The notes: generated by a model from the sequence alone, not told the origin. 42,154 bases of DNA from Lachnospiraceae bacterium (GCA_024691145.1 JAILNW010000050.1:1-42154), one strand, 5' to 3'; shown: positions 24,903 through 34,799, counted from the first letter of the stretch. Translations and numbers: made by a program.

Positions 24903-25712
24903 TTATTTATAAAATGTTCTTACAAGGTTTCCTATAACAAGATTCCAGCCATCAGCAAGTACAAATAAGAGAATCTTAAATGGCATTGATATTGTGGTTG
25001 GTGGTAACATCATCATACCCATTGACATAAGTGTTGATGCCACAACCATATCAATTATTATAAATGGTATATAAATAACAAATCCAATTATAAATGCCGT
25101 TCTTAATTCGCTTATAACAAATGCAGGTATCAGAACACTTGTTGGAATGTCTTCTCTTGTTTCTATAGGATTTTCTTCTGTATCAATTCCTGCAATTTCT
25201 GTAAATAAAGCCAAATCCTTTGTTCTTGTCTGCTCAAACATAAAGTCTCTTAAAGGCTCTATTGCAAGTTCTATAGCTTCTTCTGTCTTTATCTTTCCTT
25301 CCTGTGCAGGAACAATTGCTGTCTCATTAATCTTCGTAAATACAGGTGTCATAATAAACACAGTTAAAAATAAAGTAAGACCAATTAACACCTGATTTGG
25401 AGGAGTTGTCTGAGTTCCCAAAGCACTTCTTAAAAAGTGCAAAACCACAACAATTCTAGTAAAGCACGTAACCAGTACCAGAATAGCCGGTGCAAGTGAA
25501 ATAACTGTAAGTATAAGCAAAATTCTAAGTGTACTTGACAATGAATTACTTTCATCATTATCTGGAACAGATAATGTTACAGAGTAATCATCATTGGTTC
25601 TTTCGCTTGCATAGGCCTTAACACCAGTAAAAGCCGCTATAGAAATAATAACCATAATATATATTGCTATTGCTACAATGTATCTTTTTTTATTATTCTT
25701 CTTTTTCTTCAT
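24903..25712 (-). CDS. fliP: Flagellar export apparatus protein FliP
   Basis: Signal-like N-terminus followed by the conserved FliP core (LRSALGTQTTPPNQVLIGLTLFLTVFIMTPV, ..MLPPTTISMPFKILLFVLADGW). Confidence 0.95.
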   Translation of the reverse strand: MKKKKNNKKRYIVAIAIYIMVIISIAAFTGVKAYASERTNDDYSVTLSVPDNDESNSLSSTLRILLILTVISLAPAILVLVTCFTRIVVVLHFLRSALGTQTTPPNQVLIGLTLFLTVFIMTPVFTKINETAIVPAQEGKIKTEEAIELAIEPLRDFMFEQTRTKDLALFTEIAGIDTEENPIETREDIPTSVLIPAFVISELRTAFIIGFVIYIPFIIIDMVVASTLMSMGMMMLPPTTISMPFKILLFVLADGWNLVIGNLVRTFYK

Positions 25713-26157
25713 TCTTATCAGCCTTTGTTACCTTTTGTTTTACCTTTTCAAACAGTTCTTTAAAATCCACAGTTTCTACATTCTTCTTTTCAAAGTTAAT
25801 TTTATCTTCATCAATTGTTGATATAACATCTACTTTTTCCTTGCTGATACCAAGTGCATAGTATTTATCAGCAATTTTAACTATCTGAATACTCTGATTC
25901 TGAGATATCCTGAATACTTCTATTACATTTATGTTACGACACTGATTTATGCCCATTCCATTTTTTCCAAGCCATTTTGTTACATACACAGCACCGTATA
26001 ATATAATTATAAATAACAAAAGAAGCCCCAAAAGTTGCAATATACTGTCGCCGGAATTATTAACGCCATATACTGGCTCTTTTTCCGTCACCATATAAAC
26101 CCTTGCAATTTTTGGAGCTCCCCATGCTTCAATTATGCTCTTATAATTATTTATCAT
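25693..26157 (-). CDS. fliO: Flagellar biosynthesis protein FliO (FliZ in Bacillus nomenclature)
   Basis: Single TM (ILQLLGLLLLFIIILYGAVYVTKWL) followed by ..IEVFRISQNQSIQIVKIADKYYALGISKEKV.. Lies between cheY and fliP and overlaps fliP by 20 nt. M22 is an alternative start. Confidence 0.85.
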   Translation of the reverse strand: MINNYKSIIEAWGAPKIARVYMVTEKEPVYGVNNSGDSILQLLGLLLLFIIILYGAVYVTKWLGKNGMGINQCRNINVIEVFRISQNQSIQIVKIADKYYALGISKEKVDVISTIDEDKINFEKKNVETVDFKELFEKVKQKVTKADKNEEKEE

Positions 26158-26158
26158 T

Positions 26159-26521
26159 TTATCCTATGGCTTTTTTTACTGCTTCTAATACTCTGTCTGC
26201 CTGGAATGGTTTTACTATAAAGTCCTTTGCACCTGACTGGATTGATTCAATAACCATTGCCTGCTGTCCCATTGCAGAGCACATAATAACATTTGCATCA
26301 GCATCAACTGATTTGATTTTCTTAAGTGCCTGAATTCCATCCATCTCTGGCATTGTTATATCCATCATAACAAGATCAGGTTTTACTTCATTAAATTTTT
26401 CTACTGCCTTTGCTCCGTTTTCAGCTTCTCCTGCGATGGTATACCCATTCTTAGATAAAATATCCTTAATCATCATTCTCATAAATGCCGCATCATCGCA
26501 AATTAAAATAGACTTTCCCAT
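26159..26521 (-). CDS. cheY: Chemotaxis response regulator CheY
   Basis: 120 aa receiver domain: ILICDDAAFMR, phospho-Asp in LVMMDITMP, SAMG, KPF. Confidence 0.96.
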   Translation of the reverse strand: MGKSILICDDAAFMRMMIKDILSKNGYTIAGEAENGAKAVEKFNEVKPDLVMMDITMPEMDGIQALKKIKSVDADANVIMCSAMGQQAMVIESIQSGAKDFIVKPFQADRVLEAVKKAIG

Positions 26522-26539
26522 ATGACTATCTCTCCTATA

Positions 26540-27763
26540 CTACTTAGTAATTTCTGTTATTCTTATGCCAAAACATTCATCTATAACAACAACCTCTCCC
26601 TTAGCAACAAACTTGCCATTTACAAGTACATCTACAGGCTCCCCGGCAAGTTTATTAAGTTCTACTATGGTACCTGGCTTAAACTCAAGAATCTCATGAA
26701 TTGACCTTGTTGTTCTTCCAAGTTCTACAGTAACCTCAAGAGGTACATCCATTATAAGATCAATGTTCTCTGTTTGTAGCGCAGGATTAACAGCTTGATT
26801 AAAGGCTGCAAATTGCGCTGGTGCCACATTAATATTCTGCTGTACAAATCCAGGCTGCTGGTACATACCATTTGGTGGCATCTGCATCGCCGGCATCTGA
26901 TACATCATATTAGGTGGCATACCCTGTTGCATATTCCCCATCATGTATTGTTGCATATCCATTCCAGGAACCTGCTGCATCGGCTGCGGCACAGGCTGTG
27001 GCTGCGGCTGTGGCTGTGGTTCTGGTTGTGGCGCCTGTTCTTTTTTAGGCTCCTCCTTAGGAGCTTCTTTTGGTGCTGCATCCGCTTCGGATAATTCACT
27101 AAAAGTCCTAAATAACTCCTTCGCAAAATCCATCGGATACATCTGCATTAACTGACTGTCAATAAGTCCTTCAATTACAAGTTTAAATGATACCTTTACA
27201 AAAGTATCCTTTAAAAATGCCATGGAACTTTCTTCAGCTACTGAAGAACTGTCAGTAATAGGTATTGTTGTTGGAGGACTTATATCTATCTTTCTTTCTA
27301 ACATAGATGACATTGCTGTTGAAGCAGCTCCCATCATCTGGTTCATGGCTTCAGATATTGCACTCATATGGAGTTCTGTTAATTCCACATCATCAACATC
27401 TGTTCCAGTACCTCCCATCATAAGATCTGTAATTATTCTTACATCTCTTTCTTTTAACAAAAGTAAATTGTTGCCACTAAGTCCTTCCTTAAACATTATA
27501 TCAATTGTAACACCTGGTTCGTCAAATATTCCTTCTATGTCATTCCATGTTGAATATTCAACCTTAGGTGTTGTAATTATAACCTTCTTATTTACTATGG
27601 TAGATAATGTAGTTGCAGCAGTTCCCATGCTTATATTGGATATTTCTCCAATAGCATCTTCTTCTTCTGGTGTCAGTGAAACGGTGTTGTTAGTCGGGAT
27701 TGTGCCATTCTCAATTCCACTAAGTAAAGCATTAATTTCCTCTTGAGATAAAATACTATCCAT
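26540..27763 (-). CDS. fliY: Flagellar motor switch protein/phosphatase FliY (CheC-like N-domain + FliN/SpoA C-domain)
   Basis: N-terminus LSQEEINALL. CheC-like helices AIGEISNISMGTAATTLS and SAISEAMNQMMGAAS. C-terminal SpoA domain IMDVPLEVTVELGRT...VDVLVNGKFVAKGEVVVIDECFGIRITEI. A long P/Q/M-rich linker separates the two domains. Confidence 0.93.
   Translation of the reverse strand: MDSILSQEEINALLSGIENGTIPTNNTVSLTPEEEDAIGEISNISMGTAATTLSTIVNKKVIITTPKVEYSTWNDIEGIFDEPGVTIDIMFKEGLSGNNLLLLKERDVRIITDLMMGGTGTDVDDVELTELHMSAISEAMNQMMGAASTAMSSMLERKIDISPPTTIPITDSSSVAEESSMAFLKDTFVKVSFKLVIEGLIDSQLMQMYPMDFAKELFRTFSELSEADAAPKEAPKEEPKKEQAPQPEPQPQPQPQPVPQPMQQVPGMDMQQYMMGNMQQGMPPNMMYQMPAMQMPPNGMYQQPGFVQQNINVAPAQFAAFNQAVNPALQTENIDLIMDVPLEVTVELGRTTRSIHEILEFKPGTIVELNKLAGEPVDVLVNGKFVAKGEVVVIDECFGIRITEITK
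26982..27033 (-). repeat. GC-rich hexanucleotide repeat (CAGCCN)n encoding PQPEPQPQPQPQPVPQP within the fliY linker
   Basis: Plus strand reads ggctgcggcacaggctgtggctgcggctgtggctgtggttctggttgtgg. This is a local GC island in an AT-rich gene. Confidence 0.8.
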
Positions 27764-28748
27764 CCTCTTGCTCCTCTCTGATCACTGATTTGATTTTTAC
27801 TGCATATGAATCCTTAATGGAGCCTGGTACAGCAGTAAACTTATGCATGTTTCCTACATATATATCAAGTTCGTCATCAATCCTTTTATCGAGCTTAATT
27901 ATATCTCCCCTTTGTAAATTGCTGAATTCACTTACCGAAATTACACTGTTACCCAATACCACCTTAACTGGTATATTTGCCCTTGAAATTGCACTTTCTA
28001 TAGCATCCTTATATGTAACCTCTTCTCTTTCCTGAATACTTGAATACCAGAATTTAGTATTAAGTTTATCTATAACTGGTTCAAGGCAGGCATATGGCAT
28101 ACATATACTTGCAAGTCCTGATATTTCACCCATTTGAATACTTAGAGAAACTATAGATGTCATTTCATTAGGTGAATAAATCTGGGCAAACTGTGCGTTA
28201 GTTTCTATTCTTTCTAGTTTAGGTTCAATATGTACAACATTTTCCCATGGTTCAACCAATAAACCTACACATATATTGAAAACCTTTCCAAGTATGGAAA
28301 GTTCTATTTCTGAAAATTCCCTGCTTTTGTTAAGGGGCAATCCCTTGCCTCCAAGCAGTCTGTCAACCATTGCAAAGCCAAGACTAGAGTCGATTGATAA
28401 TATTATACTTCCATTAAGAGGTACAATATCAATAATACCAAATAATACAGGGCTCGACAATGCATTCGAAAACTCATGATATGTTATAGCTTCCGAATTT
28501 AGCAAACTAACCTGCACATTTTTTCTTAAATACAATGGAAAATGTGTTGCTAACAATCTTCCATAATGTTCATATATTATCTCTAATGTCCTTAAGTGCT
28601 CCTTAGAAAACTTGGCTGGTCTTGCAAAATCATAATTCGAAACAACTTTTTCATTTCCTTTATTTATTATGCTTTCTGCCGTCAGTTCACCACTATCCAA
28701 AGCAGCCAAAAGGTTATCAATTTCATTTTGTGATAATACATCGCTCAT
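27756..28748 (-). CDS. fliM: Flagellar motor switch protein FliM
   Basis: N-terminal CheY-P binding motif MSDVLSQNEIDNLL, a middle CheC-like fold, and a C-terminal SpoA-like domain. RBS GGAGGTGAGACT. Confidence 0.96.
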   Translation of the reverse strand: MSDVLSQNEIDNLLAALDSGELTAESIINKGNEKVVSNYDFARPAKFSKEHLRTLEIIYEHYGRLLATHFPLYLRKNVQVSLLNSEAITYHEFSNALSSPVLFGIIDIVPLNGSIILSIDSSLGFAMVDRLLGGKGLPLNKSREFSEIELSILGKVFNICVGLLVEPWENVVHIEPKLERIETNAQFAQIYSPNEMTSIVSLSIQMGEISGLASICMPYACLEPVIDKLNTKFWYSSIQEREEVTYKDAIESAISRANIPVKVVLGNSVISVSEFSNLQRGDIIKLDKRIDDELDIYVGNMHKFTAVPGSIKDSYAVKIKSVIREEQEDG

Positions 28749-28789
28749 AGTCTCACCTCCGAACGATTTATCATAAATAAACTGTTTGT

Positions 28790-28821
28790 ATTATAATACC
28801 ACAAATTGAGACTTTTTTAAA
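28790..28821 (-). promoter_or_regulatory. Candidate internal promoter upstream of fliM, overlapping the 12-bp palindrome GTATTATAATAC (28788-28799)
   Basis: Minus strand reads TTTAAA (28821-28816), 17 nt, TGgTATTAT/TATAAT. Lies inside a 117-nt gap between fliL and fliM. Confidence 0.3.
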
Positions 28822-28865
28822 GGTAAATTTGTAAATTTCTTAAAATTTTTTCTAATTTTTTCCTT

Positions 28866-29375
28866 TTATTGGAAAGCAACACTACCAAATGAAATATCTA
28901 CAACTATTTTTGTTTCAAATTCATCTGCTATATCAAGTAATATTGCTGCCTTAATATCATCCTTCTTTTCCTGTGCCTCAGTTTTCGTATACTTTGAATA
29001 CTCTGAGGAAATAATATCTAATATTTTTATTTCATTCGTTATTATTTTCTGGCTTGCACTTGAGTAATCCTCTGCTGTTTTATTTAACATTAATGATATT
29101 CCATTTATAGCTGCATAAGAATCCGCTGTATCCTTTTCTCCTTTTTTAAGGTTAATTGTTACTGTCTTTTCATTGAATACATAAGTTTCCTGATCATATA
29201 TACTTAGTTCTTTACCATTTGTCTTTAATTCCAGATCAATTGCTTCTGCAACTTTATATACCAGCTTGTTGGTATTTTTTGCACTTGGAACAACAACAAA
29301 CAGCATAACAGCCGTCATAACCAAATTAGCAAGACTTACAGCAAGTATAATTATTGTTAAAATATTCTTTTTCAT
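28866..29375 (-). CDS. fliL: Flagellar basal-body-associated protein FliL
   Basis: 169 aa with N-terminal TM (ILTIIILAVSLANLVMTAVMLFVVV) and a periplasmic-type FliL domain. Lies after motB. RBS GGAGG. Confidence 0.85.
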   Translation of the reverse strand: MKKNILTIIILAVSLANLVMTAVMLFVVVPSAKNTNKLVYKVAEAIDLELKTNGKELSIYDQETYVFNEKTVTINLKKGEKDTADSYAAINGISLMLNKTAEDYSSASQKIITNEIKILDIISSEYSKYTKTEAQEKKDDIKAAILLDIADEFETKIVVDISFGSVAFQ

Positions 29376-29387
29376 ACACTACCTCCA

Positions 29388-30197
29388 TTACTCTGTGTAA
29401 ATCTTAAACTCAACTCTTCTGTTTTTTGCCCTGCCTTCTGCTGTCTGATTATCGGCAATTGGTTCATATTCACTTCTTCCTGAAGCTTCTAATGTTGATG
29501 GGTCTAATAATTTTGCCGTAACCATGTACTTCCACACATTATATGCTCTGTCACTTGAAAGCATCATATTATCTGCATATTTTCCGCTTGTCATAGGTAC
29601 ATTGTCAGTGTGGCCTTCTATTTTAATTAAATTTTTATCATAGTTCTTTAATATATCACCTATCCTTGATAACACTCTTTCAGCTTCTGGCTTTACATCT
29701 GATTTACCAGAATCAAATAATATTGCTCCATTTATAGATATTTTTACATACTGGTATTTTGAATCTATTGATACTTCAATGGTATTCTCAATATTATTCT
29801 CCTCAGCCATTTTTGATACATCTTCATACAATTCTTCAGTTTTCTGTTTGTTAAGTTCTTCGATTAATTCAAACGCACTTTCCTCTGTCATTTCCTCAGG
29901 TGTCAGCGTTTCTTCTTTTTTTCCTGTGTCCTTCTCATATTTTTCAAGATTATCAATCTGATTAACATTTGTAGGGAACAGATTGCTTGCCTCAATTACC
30001 TGTCCCTGCTTCGCACTGAATATACTAAAACTTGAATTAAATGACTGTACAAGTTCAGCATATTTCTCAGCATCTACACTGGACATGGAAAATAAAAGTA
30101 CGAAAAAGCACAGTAATAAATTCATTAAATCACTAAACGTCGCCATCCAGGCTGGTGAACCAGCTGGTGCGTCTTCTTGTTTTTTCTTTTTAGCCAT
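29388..30197 (-). CDS. motB: Flagellar stator protein MotB
   Basis: N-terminus AWMATFSDLMNLLLCFFVLLF carrying the conserved Asp. OmpA-like C-terminus GHTDNVP..SSDRA..NRRVEF. Confidence 0.95.
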   Translation of the reverse strand: MAKKKKQEDAPAGSPAWMATFSDLMNLLLCFFVLLFSMSSVDAEKYAELVQSFNSSFSIFSAKQGQVIEASNLFPTNVNQIDNLEKYEKDTGKKEETLTPEEMTEESAFELIEELNKQKTEELYEDVSKMAEENNIENTIEVSIDSKYQYVKISINGAILFDSGKSDVKPEAERVLSRIGDILKNYDKNLIKIEGHTDNVPMTSGKYADNMMLSSDRAYNVWKYMVTAKLLDPSTLEASGRSEYEPIADNQTAEGRAKNRRVEFKIYTE

Positions 30198-30217
30198 ATG
30201 TGCCTCCGTTATAAACC

Positions 30218-31021
30218 TTATTCATTCGAATCTGATATTATTTCTCTGTCTTTAGGAGCCATAAATGATTTTAATTTTTCCTCTATAACTCTTGGATTTT
30301 CTCCTGCCTGTATAGATAACAGACCTTCCACAACAATCTGCTTATTTGATATCTCCACAGAATTTCTTCTTTTTAATTTTGTTGCAATAGGTGTTGCTAT
30401 CCAGTTTGCAAGAAGTGAGCCATAAAATGTTGTAATCAGTGCTACCGCCATATTAGGTCCAACGGAACCTACATCGTCAGACATATTTTTTAACATGTTA
30501 ACAAGACCTATCAGGGTACCAATCATACCCCAAGCAGGTCCCATAGACGCAACATTTTCCCAAAATGCTATATTATCCTTATGTCTTTCTTCAAGTGCCT
30601 CAAGTTCAGTTTCCATAATTCTTGAAACAAATTCCGGATCAGTACCATCAACGATTAACATAAGACCTTTCTTTAAAAATATATCCTCTGTATTATTAGC
30701 TGTATCCTCGAGGGCCAAAAGGCCCTCTTTTCTTGCTATATTAGATAACTCAATAATAGACTTTATTGTATCACTGCCATTTATATCATCCTTTTTTATT
30801 GCAAATTTTATACTTTTTAATTTAGTTAAAAAGTCTGGAAATCCGCCTGTCATCGCAAGGACACACATAAATGCTCCACCTAATGTAATAAGTATAGAAG
30901 GAACATCAATAAAACTCTGGACTTTTGTAAAGTCAAATGACATGTTTGCCTGGTCAAATGTCATACCAAATATACATAATACAAAACATAATACTAAACC
31001 TACAATAGTTGCTAAATCCAC
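30218..31021 (-). CDS. motA: Flagellar stator protein MotA
   Basis: MotA/TolQ/ExbB channel family (GPAWGMIGTLIGLV, GPNMAVALITTFYGSLLAN). GTG start that overlaps the flbD stop by 1 nt. Confidence 0.95.
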   Translation of the reverse strand: MDLATIVGLVLCFVLCIFGMTFDQANMSFDFTKVQSFIDVPSILITLGGAFMCVLAMTGGFPDFLTKLKSIKFAIKKDDINGSDTIKSIIELSNIARKEGLLALEDTANNTEDIFLKKGLMLIVDGTDPEFVSRIMETELEALEERHKDNIAFWENVASMGPAWGMIGTLIGLVNMLKNMSDDVGSVGPNMAVALITTFYGSLLANWIATPIATKLKRRNSVEISNKQIVVEGLLSIQAGENPRVIEEKLKSFMAPKDREIISDSNE

Positions 31022-31233
31022 TAAGAATCACCCGCCATCAGTTTATAGTTACATTTATTAATCTTATTTTTAAATGCAATTACTAGTTCTAAAATTTCTT
31101 CCTGAGACTGTTTTACAACGTATTTTTTTCCCGAAGTCAATGTTATAACTGTGTCAGGTGTTTCTTCTACAATTTCTATCAGATCACAGTTTAGCAAAAA
31201 GCCTTTTCCATTTATTCTGGTTAATTCAATCAT
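31021..31233 (-). CDS. flbD: Flagellar protein FlbD
   Basis: MIELTRINGKGFLLNCDLIEIVEETPDTVITLTSGKKYVVKQS is the typical FlbD sequence. ATG 31233 is preceded by GGAGG 6 nt upstream; the tracked TTG at 31245 overlaps that RBS. Confidence 0.9.
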   Translation of the reverse strand: MIELTRINGKGFLLNCDLIEIVEETPDTVITLTSGKKYVVKQSQEEILELVIAFKNKINKCNYKLMAGDS

Positions 31234-31251
31234 GTAAGCCTCCAATGTTTA

Positions 31252-32712
31252 TTATCTCTTAAGATTTATTAATTCCTCAAGCAATGTATCCGAAGTTGTT
31301 ATAATTCTTGAATTTGCCTGGAATCCTCTCTGTGTTGTTATCATGTTAGTAAATTCTGTTGATATATCAACGTTACTCATTTCAAGTACACCAGTTGAGA
31401 AAGATAATCCTATCTCTGATATATCTTTTCCTATACCATCAAAGTCACCAGAACTTTGTGTTATCTTATACATATTGTTACCTATTGCTTCAAGTGCCGA
31501 TGGATTTGTAAACTGTGCTACAGCAATCTGTCCTAAAAGTTTTGTATCACCATTACTGTAAGCGGCATATATTCTTCCGTCTGTACCAACACTTACACCT
31601 TTATAAGCACCCTTTGTTTTACCAGCTCCAATACCAAGTTCTCTGTCTCCTCTTTCTGCTGTAATTGAAGAATTACCATTATCTTCGTACATTGTCATAG
31701 CAGAAAAATCTACATTTATGTCACTAAAAAGTCTTTCTGCACTTATGTCTCCAACTGAACCTGTGTTAATTTTAATTGTCATCTTATCTCCTGAAGTAGT
31801 TCCATCATCAATGCTTACAAACTTACCTGTTGAAGCATTAAATGTAAGTGTAGATGCAACACCAGAAAGTTCAACTTTTCCTGTATCCTCATCAACGTTT
31901 GTAAGAGTAAATTTATTATCTCCCAAATCTACACTAGGTGTTGGATCCTTTGCAACATATTTTGTCTGTCCATTTTCTTCTACCTTTTCTACAAAAATTG
32001 ATAATCCTTCATCATCTTTAATATCTGTAAGTTCAATATCATAAATGTTCTTATCAAGAGTATCCTGCTGAGTTAATTTGTATGCAGCAGTATATTTATT
32101 TCCTAGATTATCATAAAACTCCATCTGTAAAGTTCTTCCCTTTATAAGGGCTGTATCATTTTGATCAACGTTACCAGAAAAATACACTTCTGAAGTTCCT
32201 TCAGGTTCACTTGTCATATTATCAACAGTACTGATTTTTAATGGTTTTACAGATGTCTGAAGTATATTGTTTGGGTTATCAGGATCAACTCCCCAGCCCA
32301 TTACATATGCTCCTGCTTCTGTTGCCAGCATACCTTGTCCATCTTTATTAAATGCACCTGCTTTTGTAAAGTAGTTTGTTCCGCCCTGGCTTACAATAAA
32401 GAATGCTGTTCCATTAATCATAAGGTCAAGAGCATTATCTGTTCTTTGTGCTCCACCCTGTGCAGCCATATCTGTTGAAATAGATGCAACAGATGCACCA
32501 AGACCAATACTCATAGGGTTTGTACCTGCTTTACCCATTACAGGGTTTGGTGCAGTAGCTCCCTGAGATGTCTGATACAAAACATCTGAAAACTTTGTTG
32601 AACTGGCTTTAAAACCAATTGTATTTACGTTTGATATATTGTTACCTATAACGTCCATCGCTGTCTGATGAACCTTTAATCCTGAAATTCCTGAATATAA
32701 TGATCTTAACAT
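31252..32712 (-). CDS. flgE: Flagellar hook protein FlgE
   Basis: N-terminus MLRSLYSGISGLKVHQTAMDVIGNNISNVNTIGFK. C-terminus LEMSNVDISTEFTNMITTQRGFQANSRIITTSD. Confidence 0.96.
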   Translation of the reverse strand: MLRSLYSGISGLKVHQTAMDVIGNNISNVNTIGFKASSTKFSDVLYQTSQGATAPNPVMGKAGTNPMSIGLGASVASISTDMAAQGGAQRTDNALDLMINGTAFFIVSQGGTNYFTKAGAFNKDGQGMLATEAGAYVMGWGVDPDNPNNILQTSVKPLKISTVDNMTSEPEGTSEVYFSGNVDQNDTALIKGRTLQMEFYDNLGNKYTAAYKLTQQDTLDKNIYDIELTDIKDDEGLSIFVEKVEENGQTKYVAKDPTPSVDLGDNKFTLTNVDEDTGKVELSGVASTLTFNASTGKFVSIDDGTTSGDKMTIKINTGSVGDISAERLFSDINVDFSAMTMYEDNGNSSITAERGDRELGIGAGKTKGAYKGVSVGTDGRIYAAYSNGDTKLLGQIAVAQFTNPSALEAIGNNMYKITQSSGDFDGIGKDISEIGLSFSTGVLEMSNVDISTEFTNMITTQRGFQANSRIITTSDTLLEELINLKR

Positions 32713-32727
32713 AATAAAACCTCCTTA

Positions 32728-33171
32728 TTACTCGCCCTTAGTTATGTATGATGAATCATAAATATTTTCAACTGTTGATGCTTCATACTGGTTACCATTA
32801 ATATTTACATATGCTGTTCCGTTGGAAATAGATACTGACTCTACTATTCCGCTAACTGATTCTTTGGAACCATTACTAAGTTCGGAAGTAAGTTCTACAT
32901 ATTTTCCAACCATGCTCATTGCCTGCATGCTTGACATTGATGAACCTATATTCTGTAACTCTTCTACCTGTGAGTAAGTAGCAAGCTGTGCTATAAAATC
33001 TTCATTTGACTGTGGTTCAAGAGGATCCTGATTCTGCATCTGGGCAACTAATAACTGTAAAAATGCATCTTTTCCTAATTCCCCGCCTGCAACATCTTCT
33101 TTTTTATTCGTTCCAGAAGTTTTCTTTACGAATTCCCCATCAACCATAGGCTGTATTAACATATCACTCAT
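32728..33171 (-). CDS. flgD: Flagellar hook assembly/capping protein FlgD
   Basis: LGKDAFLQLLVAQMQNQDPLEP motif. ATG 33171 is preferred because GAAAGGA lies 8 nt upstream; the tracked ORF start is 33180. Confidence 0.93.
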   Translation of the reverse strand: MSDMLIQPMVDGEFVKKTSGTNKKEDVAGGELGKDAFLQLLVAQMQNQDPLEPQSNEDFIAQLATYSQVEELQNIGSSMSSMQAMSMVGKYVELTSELSNGSKESVSGIVESVSISNGTAYVNINGNQYEASTVENIYDSSYITKGE

Positions 33172-33194
33172 ATATAACATCCTTTCTAATCTAA

Positions 33195-34799
33195 TTATGC
33201 AGAATAATTAACCTGATTTCCATTTTCCTGCATCATCTCTGCAAGAATTTCTTCCCTGATTTCCTGTGTATTAACAGTAATTGTTTCATCATCTACATAA
33301 TTACTTCTTCGTCTTTCCTGATGACGATTCTGTCCTGCTCCCGCTCCGCCTTCATTAAACATGTCACCTTCTGCTACCACGACTTCTATTGCATTTACTG
33401 TTATTCCCTGTTTGTCAAATCTTTCTTTAAGAGCCTCCATGTTAACCTCAAGTGCTTCTTTTACAAGTTCATTCTCTACTATAAACTTAGCAGAAACATC
33501 ACCATTCTTTGAAACAATGCTAAGATTAACTTTGCCTAAATTATGAGGATTTAAAACAACCTCCATACTGGTTGTTTCCTGACTCACATTAACTCTTATT
33601 TTATCAATTATCTGTGTGGCAATCTCTCTTATTTCTTTTACTTTTACAACCTCCTGAACCAGCATGTCATCCATATCTGCTACAGAATTTGTAAGATTAT
33701 CTAAAAATACCTCAAAGTTTTTATCAGATGTTTCTGTTTTAACTTCTTTTGTATCTTTCACATCTTCAGCTGTTCTTGTCACCATTACCTTATCAGCATC
33801 GTCTTGTTTATTCATATTGTTATTGCCATCAGAGCCACTGTACTGCTGTTTATTATTATCATCTTTTTTTACATTAACATTATTGTTTAAATCAGTTACA
33901 TCATCTTTTGATATTTTTTTATTATCAGTTTCTTTTACACTGTCATTCTTAATTTCAATTTCTTTAGAATCTGAATTAGCAGCTGTTTTTTCAACTTCAA
34001 TTTCAATTTCATTTGTTTTATTTGTAATAACAGTTGCTTTTTCAATTTCAGGTTCTGTATCAAAATTTGCTTTAATATCTGGCACCTTTACTTTGTCATT
34101 AACTGTATCATTTTCTTTAAACTGTCTTAAATTATCCATTGCCTCTTTTATGATACCTTCAAGTTCCTCATTTCCAACATCAAGCTTAACGGAAAAATCA
34201 CTATTTTCAACTAAATCCATTACTCTTGACATCTTGTCACAAAGATTTTCATTCGTCAGTATTGCCGAGAAATCCTCTTCTCCACTTACATTTACAACAA
34301 GTTCTTTAGCAAAATCCTGAACAAATAATCCTACAATGGATATACCCATTTCTTCTAAGGCCTTATCAAGTTCTTCATCGTCTATATCAAGTATATCTTT
34401 TATTTTTTCTCTTAAGTCATTTATGGATTCTTTTATTTCGCTTTCAATATTGTCAATATATTCATCAAGACTTTCAAAATCATATGAATCCTCTTCTATC
34501 TCACTGTCCTTAGCTGTCATATCCTGCTGATTATCTTTTTTGACTTCTTTTACCTGGTCATGCTTTTTACTTACATTATCATTTTTCTCTGTTTTTACAG
34601 TATCTTGCGTTTTTGTAATATCATTTGTTGTTTTCACGTCTTTTGAGACTGTTTCTTCAACTTTTCCAGTCTCACTTGATTTTGTTTCAACTTTTTTTAA
34701 CAGATTGTCAAATACGCCATCATTAGTTTTTTTCACCGTACTAGTAGAAATATTCAGGTTATTTGCAAATGTACTCTCTACAACTTTAGCTGTAGTCAT
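33195..34799 (-). CDS. fliK: Flagellar hook-length control protein FliK
   Basis: Long low-complexity K/D/E/N/T-rich ruler region and a C-terminal Flg_hook domain (MEVVLNPHNLGKVNLSIVSKNGDVSAKFIVENELVKEALE). Lies between the YlxF-like gene and flgD. Confidence 0.88.
   Translation of the reverse strand: MTTAKVVESTFANNLNISTSTVKKTNDGVFDNLLKKVETKSSETGKVEETVSKDVKTTNDITKTQDTVKTEKNDNVSKKHDQVKEVKKDNQQDMTAKDSEIEEDSYDFESLDEYIDNIESEIKESINDLREKIKDILDIDDEELDKALEEMGISIVGLFVQDFAKELVVNVSGEEDFSAILTNENLCDKMSRVMDLVENSDFSVKLDVGNEELEGIIKEAMDNLRQFKENDTVNDKVKVPDIKANFDTEPEIEKATVITNKTNEIEIEVEKTAANSDSKEIEIKNDSVKETDNKKISKDDVTDLNNNVNVKKDDNNKQQYSGSDGNNNMNKQDDADKVMVTRTAEDVKDTKEVKTETSDKNFEVFLDNLTNSVADMDDMLVQEVVKVKEIREIATQIIDKIRVNVSQETTSMEVVLNPHNLGKVNLSIVSKNGDVSAKFIVENELVKEALEVNMEALKERFDKQGITVNAIEVVVAEGDMFNEGGAGAGQNRHQERRRSNYVDDETITVNTQEIREEILAEMMQENGNQVNYSA

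Noticed and set aside
26943-27155. Cys/Gly-rich 70-aa plus-strand ORF (CGTGCGCGCGCGSGCG).
   Set aside because: It is the reverse-complement reading of the (CAGCCN)n repeat that encodes the PQ linker of fliY, so it is not an independent gene.
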